Origin: Thermoproteaceae archaeon | Lineage (GTDB): Archaea > Thermoproteota > Thermoprotei > Thermoproteales > Thermoproteaceae | Length of the DNA stretch: 64,000 bases | NCBI GenBank assembly: GCA_020833025.1 | Contig: JAJHRB010000001.1 | Coordinates: 1 to 64,000, forward strand | Reading direction: 5' to 3' | In this document: piece by piece, positions 62,861 to 64,000 of the stretch | How positions within the stretch are numbered: the first letter of the stretch is position 1 | Layout: the number at the start of each line of letters is the position of its first letter | The notes under the pieces: model-generated | Database searches by the model: none | What the model was told of the DNA's origin: nothing | What the model saw: only the letters and a program-made list of their open reading frames with translations | Translations under genes and position numbers: made by a program

Positions 62861-63646
62861 ATGCCGGCGGTCAAAGTCGTAGAGAAGACTCCCCTGTTCT
62901 TGAAGGCAATAGTGGACGGCGTTAGCCCATCGCTCGTTAACGCGCTCAGAAGGGTCATCATCGCAGAGCTTCCTGCACTCGCAATAGACACTGTGATCGT
63001 GATAACAAACACCTCGGCCATGTATGACGAAATGCTGGCACACAGACTCGCGCTAATTCCGCTGACAACGCCGCTTCACGCGCTCCCGTCAATTGAGGAC
63101 TGCGAGACGGGAGTAGTGGACCCCTCTGAGTGCACTGTCAGACTGACGCTAAACGTCACAGCTAGCGATGACGTGATGGTCTACTCCGGGCACTTAGTCT
63201 CCGACAGGCCGGACGTGGCCCCGGTCTACAAGGAGGTTCCCATTGTGAAGCTCGTCAAGGGGCAAAGCATAGTGCTAGAGGCCTACGCAAGGCTCGGGCG
63301 AGCGAGAGATCACGCAAAGTGGCAAGCAGCCCTTGCGAGTTACTACTACTACCCAAGAGTTGTAATCAAGGACGATAGGTGCAGGGAAATTTGCAAGGAT
63401 ATATGCAAGAACCTCGAAGACCCGCTGGAGTGCACATTCAACAGGGCGTGGGCGTGCAAAGATATATGCGGCGACGGGCTGGTAGTCGAGTGGGACAAGT
63501 ACAAGTATGTCTTCTGGATTGAGTCATTCGGAAACTACGACATTGATACAGTATTGAGAGAGACGTTTAGTATCATCAAGAAAAAGATGTCCAGATTTCT
63601 GGAGACTTTAATGCAGAGGGCGGCGGACTACTCTCAGGGCAAGTGA
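62861..63646 (+). CDS. rpoD: RNA polymerase subunit D (Rpo3)
   Basis: NALRR, DEMLAHRLALIP, IVKLVKGQ and HAKWQ. Confidence 0.96.
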   Translation: MPAVKVVEKTPLFLKAIVDGVSPSLVNALRRVIIAELPALAIDTVIVITNTSAMYDEMLAHRLALIPLTTPLHALPSIEDCETGVVDPSECTVRLTLNVTASDDVMVYSGHLVSDRPDVAPVYKEVPIVKLVKGQSIVLEAYARLGRARDHAKWQAALASYYYYPRVVIKDDRCREICKDICKNLEDPLECTFNRAWACKDICGDGLVVEWDKYKYVFWIESFGNYDIDTVLRETFSIIKKKMSRFLETLMQRAADYSQGK

Positions 63647-63687
63647 GAGGCACCTAAGCCTTTAAAGCATGCCCAGAGCCGGCAGGC

Positions 63688-64000
63688 ATGCCGCCCAATC
63701 CAACCGGCCCCACCAACAGGCAGCTGAGGATGCTGACTAGATTCCTGCGGAAGGCAGCGGCACTAAACTCTGCTAGAATCTGGAGCGCCGTTGCTGATCT
63801 GCTCGAGAGACCCGGCAGGCGGAGAGTTGTGGTCAACGTCGGCAAGCTTGAGAAGCTATCTTATGTCAAAGATGGCGACAGTGTTGTAATACCAGGCAAG
63901 CTTCTGGGCGGGGGTGTGCTTAGGAAGAGAGTTACCGTCGCGGCGTACAAGGTCTCGAAGAGCGCTGTACAGAAGGTTCTCGAGGCGGGCGGCGAGGTGC
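63688..64000 (+). CDS. rpl18e: 50S ribosomal protein L18e (runs off the window end)
   Basis: MPPNPTGPTN, RRVVVNVGKL, VIPGKLLGGG and KVLEAGGEV. Confidence 0.93.
   Translation, partial: MPPNPTGPTNRQLRMLTRFLRKAAALNSARIWSAVADLLERPGRRRVVVNVGKLEKLSYVKDGDSVVIPGKLLGGGVLRKRVTVAAYKVSKSAVQKVLEAGGEV

Overview
High-GC archaeal chromosome segment, almost certainly from the Thermoproteaceae (Pyrobaculum/Thermoproteus-like). The evidence is the Arcade/crenactin operon, PaREP1, leaderless genes with TATA boxes about 26 nt upstream of the start, short RpoH and unsplit RpoB. Positions 1-5950 are a decaying accessory patch: NfeD pseudogene, beta-propeller and membrane-anchored proteins, an encapsulated-ferritin/encapsulin fusion pseudogene, PaREP1, a surface-repeat remnant and a TnpB-like remnant. 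The rest is core genome: LysW-type Lys/Arg genes, thrC-lysC, csl4/rpoL/nep1, argG, transketolase-aroB-aroA, tyrS, fbp, hel308, rsmA/rnz, PINA, glyS/endA, Arcade, radA, carS, atpF/E/A and the rpoH-B-A1-A2-L30e-nusA-S12-rpoD-L18e cluster. Features missing from the ORF track are three C/D box sRNAs, a roughly 175-nt structured ncRNA candidate with its own TATA box and U-tract, a symmetric 3+3 array of 14-bp repeats, a perfect 16-bp palindrome on the argG promoter, and a 59-aa coupled ORF. The most striking pattern is that six genes have a well-placed ATG that is out of frame by exactly one base, with a 4-nt homopolymer (GGGG five times, AAAA once) in the first 2-7 codons. Four of these are the lead genes of amino-acid biosynthesis units. 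This may be slippage or phase variation, or it may be an assembly artefact. No CRISPR array, tRNA or rRNA was seen.
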